A stretch of DNA of 64,000 nucleotides from Planctomycetota bacterium. Its GTDB lineage: Bacteria > Planctomycetota > UBA11346. This document shows, in pieces, positions 1-9,828 of the stretch (position 1 is the stretch's first letter; each line of letters starts with the position of its first letter). The stretch is from NCBI GenBank assembly GCA_038213805.1, contig JBBQSO010000024.1, forward strand, positions 1 through 64,000, in the 5' to 3' direction. The position numbers and the translations under genes are program-made. The notes beneath the pieces are model-generated. The model had not been told where the DNA came from, did not search any database, and was given only the letters and a program-made list of their open reading frames with translations.

Positions 1-139
1 GCCGAAATGACGGAACAGTGCATCCGCGTTCTCCGACAATTTGCCTACTCACCTCGGCCCAATAGACACGCCCCCAGGGAATCCAAGATGCCCTTCGGAA
101 GGTCCGTCCAGAGGGGCGGGTGATAAGTGAACGCCATTG
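1..139 (+). mobile_element. Right end of a probable IS4-family insertion sequence (transposase C-terminus plus terminal inverted repeat)
   Basis: Frame 1 is open from base 1 to TGA at 121-123 and reads ...YSPRPNRHAPRESKMP.., resembling the RPxRxxPR tail of IS4 transposases. It is followed by TAAGTGAACGCCATTG (124-139), similar to IS4-type terminal IRs. The element is truncated by the window edge. Confidence 0.5.
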
Positions 140-248
140 ACCCTAGACCCTAGGGAGGTGCGCCGCATTGATTCCGAGACTCGCAACCTGTGACCCGCAA
201 CCCGCAACCCGCAACCCGAGGATGAGATCTAGGGTCTAGGGTCTAGGC
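139..248. repeat. Heptamer tandem-repeat cluster: (GACCCTA)2 ... (CCCGCAA)3 ... (CTAGGGT)3
   Basis: Read directly; the first and last arrays are mutually inverted. Confidence 0.8.
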
Positions 249-337
249 TCTCCGCTCCAGGCCCCCGCGCCCGTTGATTCCCTCCGGGCAGCCCTTCCAA
301 TCCGCCCCTCATCCCCGCGCGGGATGAGGGAGCGACG

Positions 338-1084
338 ATGAAGCCACAGGTCCTGGTGCTGCGTGCTGCGGGCACCAATTGCGATGTCGAGACCGCTTAC
401 GCCTTCGGCCTGGTCGGCGCGGAGTCTACCACGCTGCACGTCAACCGCCTGCGCGAGCGGCCGGCGCTGCTGCGCGACTTCCAGATCCTGGCCATCCCCG
501 GTGGCTTCAGCTACGGCGACGACGTGGCGAGCGGGCGCATCTTCGCCAACGAACTGCTGGCCGGCTTCGGCGACGAACTGCAGGCCTTCGTCGAGCGCGG
601 CGGCTACGCGATCGGCATCTGCAATGGCTTCCAGGTGCTGGTGAAAGCCGGCCTGCTGCCGCGCCTCGCCGGCGACCGCAGCCAGCACGCCACGCTCACC
701 GACAACACCAGCGGCATCTACACCGACCGCTGGGTGCGCTTGACCGGCGACGCCACGCGCTGCGCGTGGATCCCTGACGGCGCCGAGGTCGAGCTGCCGG
801 TGGCGCATGGCGAGGGCCGCTTCCTGGCCGCGCCCGAGGTCATCACCCAGCTCGGCGCGAACGGCCAGGTCGCCCTGCGTTACAGCGGCGGCACCAATCC
901 CAACGGCTCGACCGCCGACATCGCCGGCGTCTGCGATCCAAGCGGGCGGGTGTTCGGCCTGATGCCCCATCCCGAGCGCTTCCTGCGCTGGGAGAACCAC
1001 CCGCGCTGGACGCGCGAGCCGCGCCGCGCCGAAGGCGATGGCGTGCGCTTCTTCCGCGCCGCCGTCAGCCGCCTCTCCGCCTGA
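338..1084 (+). CDS. purQ: Phosphoribosylformylglycinamidine synthase subunit PurQ
   Basis: GTNCD, PGGFSYGD, GICNGFQ (catalytic Cys), AHGEG, NPNGS, GLMPHPER; RBS GAGGGAG. Confidence 0.96.
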   Translation: MKPQVLVLRAAGTNCDVETAYAFGLVGAESTTLHVNRLRERPALLRDFQILAIPGGFSYGDDVASGRIFANELLAGFGDELQAFVERGGYAIGICNGFQVLVKAGLLPRLAGDRSQHATLTDNTSGIYTDRWVRLTGDATRCAWIPDGAEVELPVAHGEGRFLAAPEVITQLGANGQVALRYSGGTNPNGSTADIAGVCDPSGRVFGLMPHPERFLRWENHPRWTREPRRAEGDGVRFFRAAVSRLSA

Positions 1085-1144
1085 TCCCGCGGATCCGCCT
1101 ACCCGCTTCCACCTGCCCTCCGCCACGCCCCTGGAGCCCCGACC

Positions 1145-2530
1145 ATGACCGTCCGCACCCTGGCGTCCGCCACCCTGTTCGCGCTGGCCCTGACCGGGCG
1201 CGCCCTTGCCGCCGAAGGTGGCGCCGAGACCCCGGCGGTGCCCACCGTCGCGGAGGAGACCCAGCAGGTCGATGACCGCCAGGTCAAGGTGTGGGCCAAG
1301 CGCGCGCTCTCGATGAACGTCAAGTCCAAGGACGAGGCGGACGTGCAGTCGCGCGAGCTGTGGTACGCCGCCTTTGATGGCAAGGCCTGGGGCGCGTGGT
1401 CCAAGCACGGCATCATCTTCGCCCGCGAGGCGCCGATCGCCTGGGAGCCGACCGAGGGCCACTGGCGCATCTACATCCGCACCATCAAGATCTCCGGCCT
1501 CGCCAATCCCGAGCCGGGTCCCGCGACGGTGCCGGCGGGCGAGTTCATCATCGACCGCAGCGCGCCCACCGTCGCGATCGGCTTCCCCGGTTCCCAGGCC
1601 AAGCTGCGTGGCGGCGGCAAGTACACCATCAAGTGGGAGGCCAGCGACCTGCACCTCAAGGCCGCGCCGGTGACCCTGCGCTGGTCGCGTGACGGCAAGG
1701 GCGTCTACGAGACCATCGCCGCGGATCTGCCCAACAGCGGTACCTACGAGTGGACCGTGCCCAAGGACATGACCAACGCTGGCCAGCTCCAGATCCTGGT
1801 CGCCGACAAGGCCGGCAATGTCGGCAGCGCCGAGAGCAGCCAGGTGCTGGTCGATTCGATCAGCCCGCGCGGCCGCATCACGGCGCCCGCGATCAGCGCG
1901 CGCAGCGATGCCACTTACAGCACCGAGATCGCTGACGCCGGCCCGGCCGGGTTGAGCGCGGCCAAGCTGTGGATCAGCGGCGACGACGGCGTCACCTGGG
2001 CCGAGGGCCCGGCGGTGGCCGCGCCGTGGAAGACCGTGGGTTGGAAGGCGCCTGCCGATGGCCGCTACCGTCTGGCGATCGTCGCCACCGACCAGGCCGG
2101 CAACGTCAGCGCCACGCCCAAGGGCAAGGGCGAGGACCAGTTCCAGGTCATCATCGACACCACCGCGCCAGTCATCACCCTCGCTTCGCCGGTCGGCATC
2201 GTCGAAGCCGACAAGGCCAGCTCGACCCGCCGCGCCTTCAAGCCCGGCGACCGCGTGGCGGTGAATTTCGGCATCAAGGACGTCAACCTGCAGGCGAATT
2301 CCGCGTCCGTGTACCTGCAGACCGATCCCGCCAAGCCCTGGATCGAACTCGGCAAGGGGCTACCCGTCGACGCCGCCTTCCGCTTCGCGATCACCGACGC
2401 CCACGCCAGCCGCAGCGCGCGCATCAAGGTCACCGCTCTCGACGCCGCCGGCAATCTCGGCGAGACTATCTCCACCGATGGCTTCCAGGTCGACACCGAG
2501 GTGGATGCGGGGACCGTAGAGATCAAGTAG
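1145..2530 (+). CDS. Secreted protein with tandem Ig-like/beta-sandwich domains
   Basis: Signal peptide (ALA-AE), repeated D-x-AGN and IDxxAP Ig-like motifs, Asp-box-like WISGDDGVTW. Confidence 0.75.
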   Translation: MTVRTLASATLFALALTGRALAAEGGAETPAVPTVAEETQQVDDRQVKVWAKRALSMNVKSKDEADVQSRELWYAAFDGKAWGAWSKHGIIFAREAPIAWEPTEGHWRIYIRTIKISGLANPEPGPATVPAGEFIIDRSAPTVAIGFPGSQAKLRGGGKYTIKWEASDLHLKAAPVTLRWSRDGKGVYETIAADLPNSGTYEWTVPKDMTNAGQLQILVADKAGNVGSAESSQVLVDSISPRGRITAPAISARSDATYSTEIADAGPAGLSAAKLWISGDDGVTWAEGPAVAAPWKTVGWKAPADGRYRLAIVATDQAGNVSATPKGKGEDQFQVIIDTTAPVITLASPVGIVEADKASSTRRAFKPGDRVAVNFGIKDVNLQANSASVYLQTDPAKPWIELGKGLPVDAAFRFAITDAHASRSARIKVTALDAAGNLGETISTDGFQVDTEVDAGTVEIK

Positions 2531-2749
2531 GCCATCGGGGAGCGGAGATCCCCGCTCCTGGCCGCAAGGCCCGGGATAGAATTCCTGGGGTTCCGGGCAC
2601 TTCTCCATGGTCGCGGGTGACCTGCGGACAGCGACCTGCGGACGAGAGTCTAGCGTCTATGGGCTAGGCTTCGGCAATCTGTAATCGGTCGTTCCGCTTT
2701 GCTCACCTATCACTGGTGCAGGCGCGGTACGACGCATGATCTGCGCACG

Positions 2750-4720
2750 ATGACGATGAAGCCCCTGCCCCTCCTTGATGGCCTGATCTCGCCGGCGGAT
2801 TTGCGCCGCTTCACCGCGGCGGAACTCGCTCAGCTCGCTGAGGAGATGCGCCACCGCATCAAGGAGACGGTCTCGCAGCACGGCGGGCATTTGTCGTCGA
2901 ACCTCGGCACCATCGAGCTGACCTTGGCCCTGCACCGGGTCTTTGATTTCAGCAGCGATCGCCTGCTGTGGGATGTCGGCCACCAGGCCTATCCCCACAA
3001 GCTGCTCACCGGCCGCGCCGGGGTCTTCAACACCAACCGCCAGCAGGGCGGCATCAGCGGCTTCCCCGATCCCAAAGAGAGCCCCTACGACCTCGCCAAG
3101 GTCGGTCACAGCTCGACTGCGATCTCGACTGGAGTGGGTGTGGCCGAGGGCTACCGCCGCCAAGCCAGCCGCCGCCGCACGGTGGTGGTGGTCGGCGACG
3201 GCGCGCTCACCGGCGGCATGTCCTTCGAGGGCCTGATCAACGCGGGTCAGCTCAAGAGCGATCTGCTGGTGGTGCTCAACGACAACGGCAACTTCATCGA
3301 CGCGCCGGTCGGTTCGCTGCACACCCACCTCGACCGCATCCGCACCGGGCGCATGTACGACCAGCTGCGTACGCGTGTGGTCTCGCTGCTCAAGCGCATC
3401 CCGCGTGGCAAGGGCCTGGAGCGCTTTGTCGAGCACATGGAGCACGCCGCGCACAAGCTGATCTCGCCCGGCTACATTTTCGAGGACCTCGGCTTCCGCT
3501 ATTTCGGCCCGGTCGACGGCCACGACGAGAAGGCCACCGAGGACGCGCTGCGCCGCGTCGCCGACCTGCGCGGGCCGATCCTGCTGCATGTCCTGACCAA
3601 GAAGGGCGGTGGCTGGGAGCCGGCCGTGCAGGACCCGCTGAAATTCCACGGGCCCAAGGGCTTCGACGTCGAGAGCGGCTACTTCCACCCCAAGAGCAAG
3701 GCCGGCCGGACATACTCGCAGATCTTCGCCGACACCATGCTCGCCATGGCCGGCGAGGACCAGCGCCTGGTGACCATCACCGCGGCGATGCCGTCGGGCA
3801 CCGGTCTGCGCGTCTTCGCGCAGACCTATCCCGAGCGCATGTACGACGTCGGCATTTGCGAGCAGCACAGCTTCGCATTCGCCGAGGGCCTGGCGATCAG
3901 CGGCCAGCTGCCGGTGGTGGCGCACTACTCGACCTTCGCCCAGCGCGGTTTCGACCAGATCTTCCAGGAGATCGTGGTGCAGCGCAATCTCGGCATCGTC
4001 GTCACCCTCGACCGCGCCGGCCTGGTCGGTGAGGACGGCGAGACCCACCAGGGCCTTTACGACATCAGCTGGAGCCGCTGTTTCCCGGGGTTGGTGCTGA
4101 TGGCACCCAAGGACGGGGCCGAGCTGACTACGATGTTGCGCTGGACGCACGCCGAGCGCCAGACCCCGCATCGCGCCGCCGGGTATCTGATCCGCTATCC
4201 CAAGGACGAGGCCCCCGAGGTGCAGTGGCGTGCCGCTGCCGACCAGCCGCTGGCGCTCGGTCAGGCCGAAGTCCTCCACGCCGCCACCGTCAGCGACGCC
4301 GACAACGCCAGCCGTCTCGCGGTGTGGGCCTACGGCATGCCGGTGCACGTTGCCCATGCTGCGCTCGCCGAACTGACGCCGGCGGAGCTGGCCCGCGTGA
4401 CGCTGGTCAACGCGCGTTTCGCCAAACCCATCGACGGCGCGCTGCTCGCGGAGCAGGCCAGGACCCACAGCCAGGTGCTGACCCTCGAGGACCACGCCCT
4501 GCCCGGGGGTTTCGGCTCGATCGTCGCCGAGACCGCCACCGACCTGGGTCTGGCCCTGCGCATCCACCGCGGTGGTGTGCGCGACGAATTGGTGCCGCAT
4601 GCCGCGCGCGATGTGCAGCTGGCGGCCCACGGGCTGGACAAGGCCAGCATCGTCAAGCGCATCCGCACGCTGCTGGAAGGCGGCGCGCGCGAGGCGATCA
4701 GGTTCGTCCGGACGGGCTGA
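2750..4720 (+). CDS. dxs: 1-deoxy-D-xylulose-5-phosphate synthase
   Basis: GGHLSSNLG, WDVGHQAYPHK, GDGALTGG..LNDN, DRAGLVGEDGETHQG; start may be 2750 or 2756. Confidence 0.96.
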   Translation: MTMKPLPLLDGLISPADLRRFTAAELAQLAEEMRHRIKETVSQHGGHLSSNLGTIELTLALHRVFDFSSDRLLWDVGHQAYPHKLLTGRAGVFNTNRQQGGISGFPDPKESPYDLAKVGHSSTAISTGVGVAEGYRRQASRRRTVVVVGDGALTGGMSFEGLINAGQLKSDLLVVLNDNGNFIDAPVGSLHTHLDRIRTGRMYDQLRTRVVSLLKRIPRGKGLERFVEHMEHAAHKLISPGYIFEDLGFRYFGPVDGHDEKATEDALRRVADLRGPILLHVLTKKGGGWEPAVQDPLKFHGPKGFDVESGYFHPKSKAGRTYSQIFADTMLAMAGEDQRLVTITAAMPSGTGLRVFAQTYPERMYDVGICEQHSFAFAEGLAISGQLPVVAHYSTFAQRGFDQIFQEIVVQRNLGIVVTLDRAGLVGEDGETHQGLYDISWSRCFPGLVLMAPKDGAELTTMLRWTHAERQTPHRAAGYLIRYPKDEAPEVQWRAAADQPLALGQAEVLHAATVSDADNASRLAVWAYGMPVHVAHAALAELTPAELARVTLVNARFAKPIDGALLAEQARTHSQVLTLEDHALPGGFGSIVAETATDLGLALRIHRGGVRDELVPHAARDVQLAAHGLDKASIVKRIRTLLEGGAREAIRFVRTG

Positions 4721-4868
4721 GGCGCGCGCCGCGCGCCGGATCTGATGGCCCTTGTATGGGTTCCGGCAGGTCAGGATCCCCGAGTGGGCTCCAGGCTGCG
4801 TCTGCTGCCACGATGACCTTGTGGCCCAATGGGCCGCGCTCCCCGGAGGGAGGCGGGTCGTCAGGCGT

Positions 4869-5222
4869 TCAGCGGCCCAGGCCGCGCATCAGCGGACCCA
4901 TCAGGGCGCCCAGGTCGCTGCCGCCGAGAAGCTTCTGGACCTGCTCCTCGGGCGAGGCGCCGAAGCGCTGCTTGTGCTGACGGAGCGCGTCGTTGAAGGC
5001 GACCAGCACGAGATCCTCGAGCATGCTCACGTCACCGCCGGCCGCGGCCGCCGCGGCGGGGGCGATGACCACCTTGGTCACGGTCAGCTCGCCGTTGATC
5101 TGGACCTTCACGGCGCCGCCGCCGGCGCTGCCGTCGAGCAGCACCTTGCCGCGCTCGGCATCGGCCTTCTTCATGGTGTCCTGGAGCGGGCCGAGGCCCT
5201 TCATGAGCGAATCGATGTCCAT
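4869..5222 (-). CDS. ybaB: YbaB/EbfC family nucleoid-associated protein
   Basis: GSAGGGAVKVQING, MLEDLVLVAFNDA motifs; 117 aa. Confidence 0.88.
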   Translation of the reverse strand: MDIDSLMKGLGPLQDTMKKADAERGKVLLDGSAGGGAVKVQINGELTVTKVVIAPAAAAAAGGDVSMLEDLVLVAFNDALRQHKQRFGASPEEQVQKLLGGSDLGALMGPLMRGLGR

Positions 5223-5335
5223 GGGCAGAGACTACCCACCGCGCGGCGTTTGTCTGCTCCTGGGGCGCGGATGCCGCCGCCCTGTGTGACGTCAACGCCT
5301 TCGCCATGAAATGGTGGTCGGCCAGGCTCATTGGA

Positions 5336-5410
5336 AGCTACGAGCTACGAGCTACGAGCTACGAGCTACGCGCTACGAGCTACGAGCTATGAGCGACGAG
5401 CGACGAGCGC
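5336..5410. repeat. Heptamer tandem repeat (GAGCTAC)n, about 10 imperfect units
   Basis: Read directly in the intergenic DNA. Confidence 0.9.
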
Positions 5411-5411
5411 G

Positions 5412-6242
5412 TCAATCGGGCAGCTCGTCTTCGAAGAGCGCCGGCAGTTCGGTCAGCTCTGGCACCGCTTCGCCGCGCCGCTTGAGCTCGATGACGTCGA
5501 TGCAGGTCGCCAGCACCTGCTGGGCGGAGAAGCCCAGGCGGCGCACCGGGAAGCCGGTGGGGTTGCTCCACGGGAAATTACAGTGCACCACCGCGTCGAG
5601 TTCATCGGGCGCGATGCCGGCGCGGTGTACGCCCATCATGCCGTAATCGGCGAAGTTGTCGTCGGTGATCAGCAGCGCGTCGGGGCGCACGTCGGCGGGG
5701 GCGCGCAGCAGCTCGCGCGCGGCGTCCAGGGCCTCGCGTGGCTCGGTGAGCGCGCGCAGGCCACCGGGCACCAACTCCAGACGGCGGCGTGTGATCTCGG
5801 CGGGCAGGCGGGCGTTGCCGTAATGGTTGGCGGGCGTCAGCACGGCGACGCGGCGGCGGCCGCGTTTGGCGAGGTCCTCAAGCGCGCGGCGGCTCCATTC
5901 CTCGTCAGAGAGGTGGACCTCCAGGCAGGTCGGGTGGCCGGCGTGGCGCATCATGCCGACGCGCACCGGGCCGGGGCCGCGCACGATCGGCGTGTCGGCG
6001 ATCGGGAAGGGATTGGAAGCGAAGATGATGCCGCCCAGGCGGCGCTGGCGCAGGTCTTCCAGCAGGCGCTGGTGGTCGGGCTCGTCGGCTTGGCCGTTCA
6101 GCCCGAAATACGGGGTGATCGCCCGGCCGGGGAAGTGTGCTCCGGTGGTGGCCTCGAGCAGGAGCGAGGTCCAGAAGCGGTTCCACGACGGTTTGAACGG
6201 GTAGGCCGGGAAGACCAGGGCATAGGGGAGGGCGGGTGGCAT
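5412..6242 (-). CDS. LacI/GntR-type periplasmic-binding-fold effector domain protein, no visible HTH
   Basis: RRALEDLAKRGRRRVAVL, RPDALLITDD, GIAPDEL..VVHCN resemble the C-terminal domain of sugar-sensing regulators. Confidence 0.65.
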   Translation of the reverse strand: MPPALPYALVFPAYPFKPSWNRFWTSLLLEATTGAHFPGRAITPYFGLNGQADEPDHQRLLEDLRQRRLGGIIFASNPFPIADTPIVRGPGPVRVGMMRHAGHPTCLEVHLSDEEWSRRALEDLAKRGRRRVAVLTPANHYGNARLPAEITRRRLELVPGGLRALTEPREALDAARELLRAPADVRPDALLITDDNFADYGMMGVHRAGIAPDELDAVVHCNFPWSNPTGFPVRRLGFSAQQVLATCIDVIELKRRGEAVPELTELPALFEDELPD

Positions 6243-6295
6243 GAGCGGCACGGGATGTGTACCATCTGGACACCGCGTCCCGCAAGGTGCGGGCA

Positions 6296-7156
6296 TCAGC
6301 CTGGGACGAGCCAGTCTCCGGTGAACACGGTCACTGCGGGCCCGCTCATGACCACCTGGCGGTCGGGACCCGGCCAGGCGATGCGCAGGTCGCCGCCGTT
6401 CAGCCGCACCACCGCCTCGCGGCCAGGGATGACACCCTCCAGCACTGCGGCCACCAGCACGGCGCAGGCCCCCGTGCCGCAGGCCTGGGTCTCGCCCGAG
6501 CCGCGTTCCCAGGTGCGTTGACGCAGGACGGGCAGGCCGTGCTCATCGGGCAGGCGGGCGACGAATTCGACGTTGGTGCGGCGCGGGAAGCGCATGTGGT
6601 GCTCGACCTGGGGGCCGACGCTGGTTACCGGAAAGACGTCCGGATCTGGGACGAAGCAGACCGCATGGGGATTGCCCATGCCCACCGCCAGGAAATGCAG
6701 GTGCTCGCCGTCGAGGACGATGGTCAGGGCCAGGCGCGGGCCGGGCCCGGCGTGCTCGACCGGCACCTCGTCCGGAACCAGTCGTGGGCGACCCATGGCC
6801 ACGGTGGCGCCGGTGCAGCGCTCCCCATCCAGGTGCAGGTCGACATCGAGATGCCCGGCGCCGGTGGAAAAGGTCATGCGTGGGCGGCGCACGCGGTGGT
6901 GGTCCCAGGCGAGTTTGGCCGCGCAGCGGATGCCATTTCCGCACATTTCCGACTCGCTGCCGTCGGCATTGAGCATGCGCATGCGCGCGTCGACCACCGC
7001 ATCCGGCCCGATGATGATCAGGCCGTCGCCGCCGATGCCGTTGTGGCGATCGCTGACCGCCCGCGCCAGCCCCGGCAGGTCGGCTGGCAGAGCCTCGCCC
7101 CAGGCGTCGATGTAGATGTAGTCGTTGCCGCAGCCATGCATCTTCGTGAAGCGCAT
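6296..7156 (-). CDS. dapF: Diaminopimelate epimerase
   Basis: FTKMHGCGNDY, GIGGDG, NADGSESEMCGNGIRC, GNPH, ERGSGETQACGTGACA. Confidence 0.96.
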   Translation of the reverse strand: MRFTKMHGCGNDYIYIDAWGEALPADLPGLARAVSDRHNGIGGDGLIIIGPDAVVDARMRMLNADGSESEMCGNGIRCAAKLAWDHHRVRRPRMTFSTGAGHLDVDLHLDGERCTGATVAMGRPRLVPDEVPVEHAGPGPRLALTIVLDGEHLHFLAVGMGNPHAVCFVPDPDVFPVTSVGPQVEHHMRFPRRTNVEFVARLPDEHGLPVLRQRTWERGSGETQACGTGACAVLVAAVLEGVIPGREAVVRLNGGDLRIAWPGPDRQVVMSGPAVTVFTGDWLVPG

Positions 7157-7243
7157 GCGCGTAGCATCACGGCAACGGCGGCTGGGCAAAGGGGCTGGTG
7201 GTGGTGGTTGCGCGCCGGAGCGGCTGAGCGTTCGACGAATGCC

Positions 7244-7399
7244 TTAGTTGCGAGGGGGAACTGGTGCTTCAGGCAGGGTGATGGTGTGCCCCAGGCCGTC
7301 CTCAACCGAGCGGGTGCCGCGGAGGTAGGCGATGCCGACCAGCACGGCACCAATGACCAGGATCACCGCGATCGTGACCGTGGCGCGTTTGGGGATCAT
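7244..7399 (-). CDS. 51-aa single-TM small protein (MIPKRATVTIAVILVIGAVLVGIAYLRG...PPRN)
   Basis: Translated by hand; GGAGG RBS upstream of ATG; not in the ORF track. Confidence 0.65.
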   Translation of the reverse strand: MIPKRATVTIAVILVIGAVLVGIAYLRGTRSVEDGLGHTITLPEAPVPPRN

Positions 7400-7438
7400 G
7401 GCGACCTCCGCGACAGGGTGGCTGCTTCCATCTTCGGG

Positions 7439-7936
7439 TCATCCATCCTTGGCTGCCCGACCGCCGGCGCTGCGTCGCCGTCCGTCACGGTGGTCGGGAT
7501 CGAGGCGCTCCACCCGTTCCGGACGGACGGCGCCAGCAAGGTCATCGTCTTCCGCCCCGGGGGCGGTCGGCTCTGGCAATTCTTCACCAGCATCGCCGTC
7601 GAGGTCCTGCGGCAGGTCGTCCTCCTCGTTCTCGGTCGCCGTCAGGCCGTGGCGGTGGCGGTCGGCGATGCTGCCGGCGGCGTTGTTCGCGAGTTCCTTG
7701 GCGAGTCGGTCATCGCGGGCGCGATCGCTGACGTCGTCGGGGTGGCGCGTCTCCAAGCGCGATGGCGGCAGGCTGCGATCATCCTCCGCGCCGCCCCGAG
7801 AGGTCTCCGCGCTGGCCAGATGTGCGCGTGCCGTCTTCGTGGACACGGGTGAGGAAAGCGTCTTGGGCTTCACAGTCACCTTCTTGTTATGCGGAGGTTG
7901 AGCGGACTTTGCCGACTTGCCTGATGGTGTGGTCAT
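7439..7936 (-). CDS. Hydrophilic, likely disordered hypothetical protein (basic N-terminus, acidic C-terminal half)
   Basis: GGAG RBS; sigma-54-like promoter at 7968-7984. Confidence 0.6.
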   Translation of the reverse strand: MTTPSGKSAKSAQPPHNKKVTVKPKTLSSPVSTKTARAHLASAETSRGGAEDDRSLPPSRLETRHPDDVSDRARDDRLAKELANNAAGSIADRHRHGLTATENEEDDLPQDLDGDAGEELPEPTAPGAEDDDLAGAVRPERVERLDPDHRDGRRRSAGGRAAKDG

Positions 7937-7967
7937 GGCGGTTCTCCGTTCGGGTGTTAAGAGGAGA

Positions 7968-7984
7968 AGCTCTGGACATGCCAA
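7968..7984 (-). promoter_or_regulatory. sigma-54 -24/-12 element TTGGCATGTCCAGAGCT
   Basis: GG-N10-GC spacing, about 30 bp upstream of ATG 7936. Confidence 0.6.
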
Positions 7985-8333
7985 GGGATGCCGCCGCGAT
8001 CGTTCAGCATATACGCTGAAGGGAAGAACGCCGTAACAGCGGTTTAGGCTGCCATCCGTCAACAACCTAGAGCGGATCGGCGGAGCGGATCGGCGGCACG
8101 TGGGGCATCCGGAGTGCAAATCATCGTCACCGTCGGGCCCGGGCGGTGCGGATCGCAGCGTCGCACGCGGCCATCGCGGGTGGACCCGCATCGACCCCGT
8201 CATGCTGCAGGCGGATTTGGCGAGAGCGGTTGCACGCTGCACGATAGTGGTTCCCCCGCGACGGGTCCCGGGAGCCTATCGACCGCAAAAATGCGGTTGC
8301 GGCCGCACTTTTCGCCCAGCGGCAGTGAGCCAA

Positions 8334-8349
8334 TGGCACGCTTGCCGCT
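8334..8349 (+). promoter_or_regulatory. sigma-54 -24/-12 element TGGCACGCTTGCCGCT
   Basis: GG-N10-GC upstream of the BON gene. Confidence 0.6.
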
Positions 8350-8390
8350 CTCAGCGGTCTCCCGTCCCCAATAACCAAAGGAATAACACC

Positions 8391-9305
8391 ATGCGTCCTA
8401 CCCTTGCCTTCCTCGTGCCCGTCCTCGCCACCGGCCTCATCCTCGCGACCACGGGTTGCGATCAGCAGGCTGCGCGCAGCGACTACCCCGACAACTCCCC
8501 GCAGACGCACCGCCAGATCGACGAGATCCAGGCGGACGCGACGGCACGCAGGGCGGCCATCGACAAGCGCGCTGAGGAGAGGGCGACCGCGATCTCCTTC
8601 CACCGCGGTCAGATCTCGGACAAGGCCAAGGCCGATCGGGCCAAGATCGCGCTCGACCACGACCAGGCTGTCGCTCCGCTGAGCGCCAAGCGCGAAGCGA
8701 CCAAGGTCAAATACGATGCGCAGAAGCAGGAGATCGCCACTGCGCTCGCCAAGAAGCAGAAGGATAATACCGCCGAGGAGGCGCCCAAGCTGCTGGCGGA
8801 CGCCGCCGCCCAGACCGCCGAGGTTGACCGCAAGGAGACCGCGGAATTCGTCAGCATCGACCAGGACATCCGCTCCGCCGACGATACCGCCGCCAAGAAG
8901 AAGAACGACGTCGACGCCCAGGAGGCCAAGGACCTGGCAGATTGCGACCGTCAGCTGACCGAGACCAAGAACCAGGCGCGCGCGGACAAGCTCGCGGTCG
9001 ACAAGGACGTCAATGGCAAGGTCGCCAGTGTCGAAGGCGACAGCAAGTCGCGCATGGAGAAGACGCACGCCAGCGAGGACCGCACGCTCGAGAGCGATCG
9101 CAAGACCAGCGCCGCGGTGCGCGCGGACCTGGATGGCGACAAGGCCGTTGCGGCCAAATCCTCGGATGTGGCCATCACCACCAGGGACGGAGTGGTGACC
9201 CTGACCGGCACCGTGCCTTCCGATTATGACCGCCACGCCGTCATCGCCCGGGCCGGACAGACCAAAGGCGTGAAGAGCGTGGTGGATCAACTGTCCGTGC
9301 GTTGA
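8391..9305 (+). CDS. Lipoprotein with long coiled coil and C-terminal BON (OsmY-like) domain
   Basis: Lipobox TTG-C; C-terminal DGVVTLTGTV...AGQTKGVKSVVDQL; RBS AAGGA. Confidence 0.85.
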   Translation: MRPTLAFLVPVLATGLILATTGCDQQAARSDYPDNSPQTHRQIDEIQADATARRAAIDKRAEERATAISFHRGQISDKAKADRAKIALDHDQAVAPLSAKREATKVKYDAQKQEIATALAKKQKDNTAEEAPKLLADAAAQTAEVDRKETAEFVSIDQDIRSADDTAAKKKNDVDAQEAKDLADCDRQLTETKNQARADKLAVDKDVNGKVASVEGDSKSRMEKTHASEDRTLESDRKTSAAVRADLDGDKAVAAKSSDVAITTRDGVVTLTGTVPSDYDRHAVIARAGQTKGVKSVVDQLSVR

Positions 9306-9336
9306 GCACGGATTCCGCTGCGCGTACGCCTTCGTG

Positions 9337-9412
9337 CTGCGCGCTGCGTGCTGCGACCTACGGGGGGCTTCCATTTCCCCGCAGTCCGCAGCACGCAGCG
9401 CGCAGTTTTTTT
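9337..9412 (+). terminator. Inverted repeat (perfect 19-bp arms) plus T7 tract after the BON gene
   Basis: CTGCGCGCTGCGTGCTGCG (9337-9355) and its reverse complement (9387-9405), then TTTTTTT. Confidence 0.6.
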
Positions 9413-9578
9413 GCTCACCTCGCATGCTGGCTGACAGTTGTTCGCTCGCACGGTTGGCGGGCTGGCCCGCCTCTCCCTTGTGCCGCACGGGGCTGCGCAC
9501 AGGCGCCCGCGACCAGGAACAAAAAGGCTTCTCGCCGTCCGAGGCAGAAACTTTCCGTCCATCGCCGGGTAGGCGAGA

Positions 9579-9750
9579 CCTGATCGAATAAGAGGAGCGG
9601 AGAATCGGAGGAGGACAGGGAACCAGTGAAAAATGCGAAAACCGGAAAAAACGGCATTGCCATCTCCTGGCGTTCCTCCGTTTCTCCGTTCCTCCTGTTA
9701 GATCAGGTCTTTCATGATTTGATCGACGAGAACCGAGTAGGCATTGAATC
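9579..9750. repeat. Dispersed palindromic element, copy 1 (REP/MITE-like)
   Basis: About 33-bp imperfect inverted arms; homologous to 16458-16627. Confidence 0.75.
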
Positions 9751-9774
9751 CACCACGAATCACGAGGAACCAAC

Positions 9775-9810
9775 AAAAAAACCCCGGATCCCGCACGCGG
9801 GATCCGGGGT
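9775..9810 (-). terminator. Rho-independent terminator
   Basis: Hairpin ACCCCGGATCCCGC/GCGGGATCCGGGGT with an A-run (U-tract on the minus strand). Confidence 0.8.
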
Positions 9811-9828
9811 CATGAACACGCACGCCGT

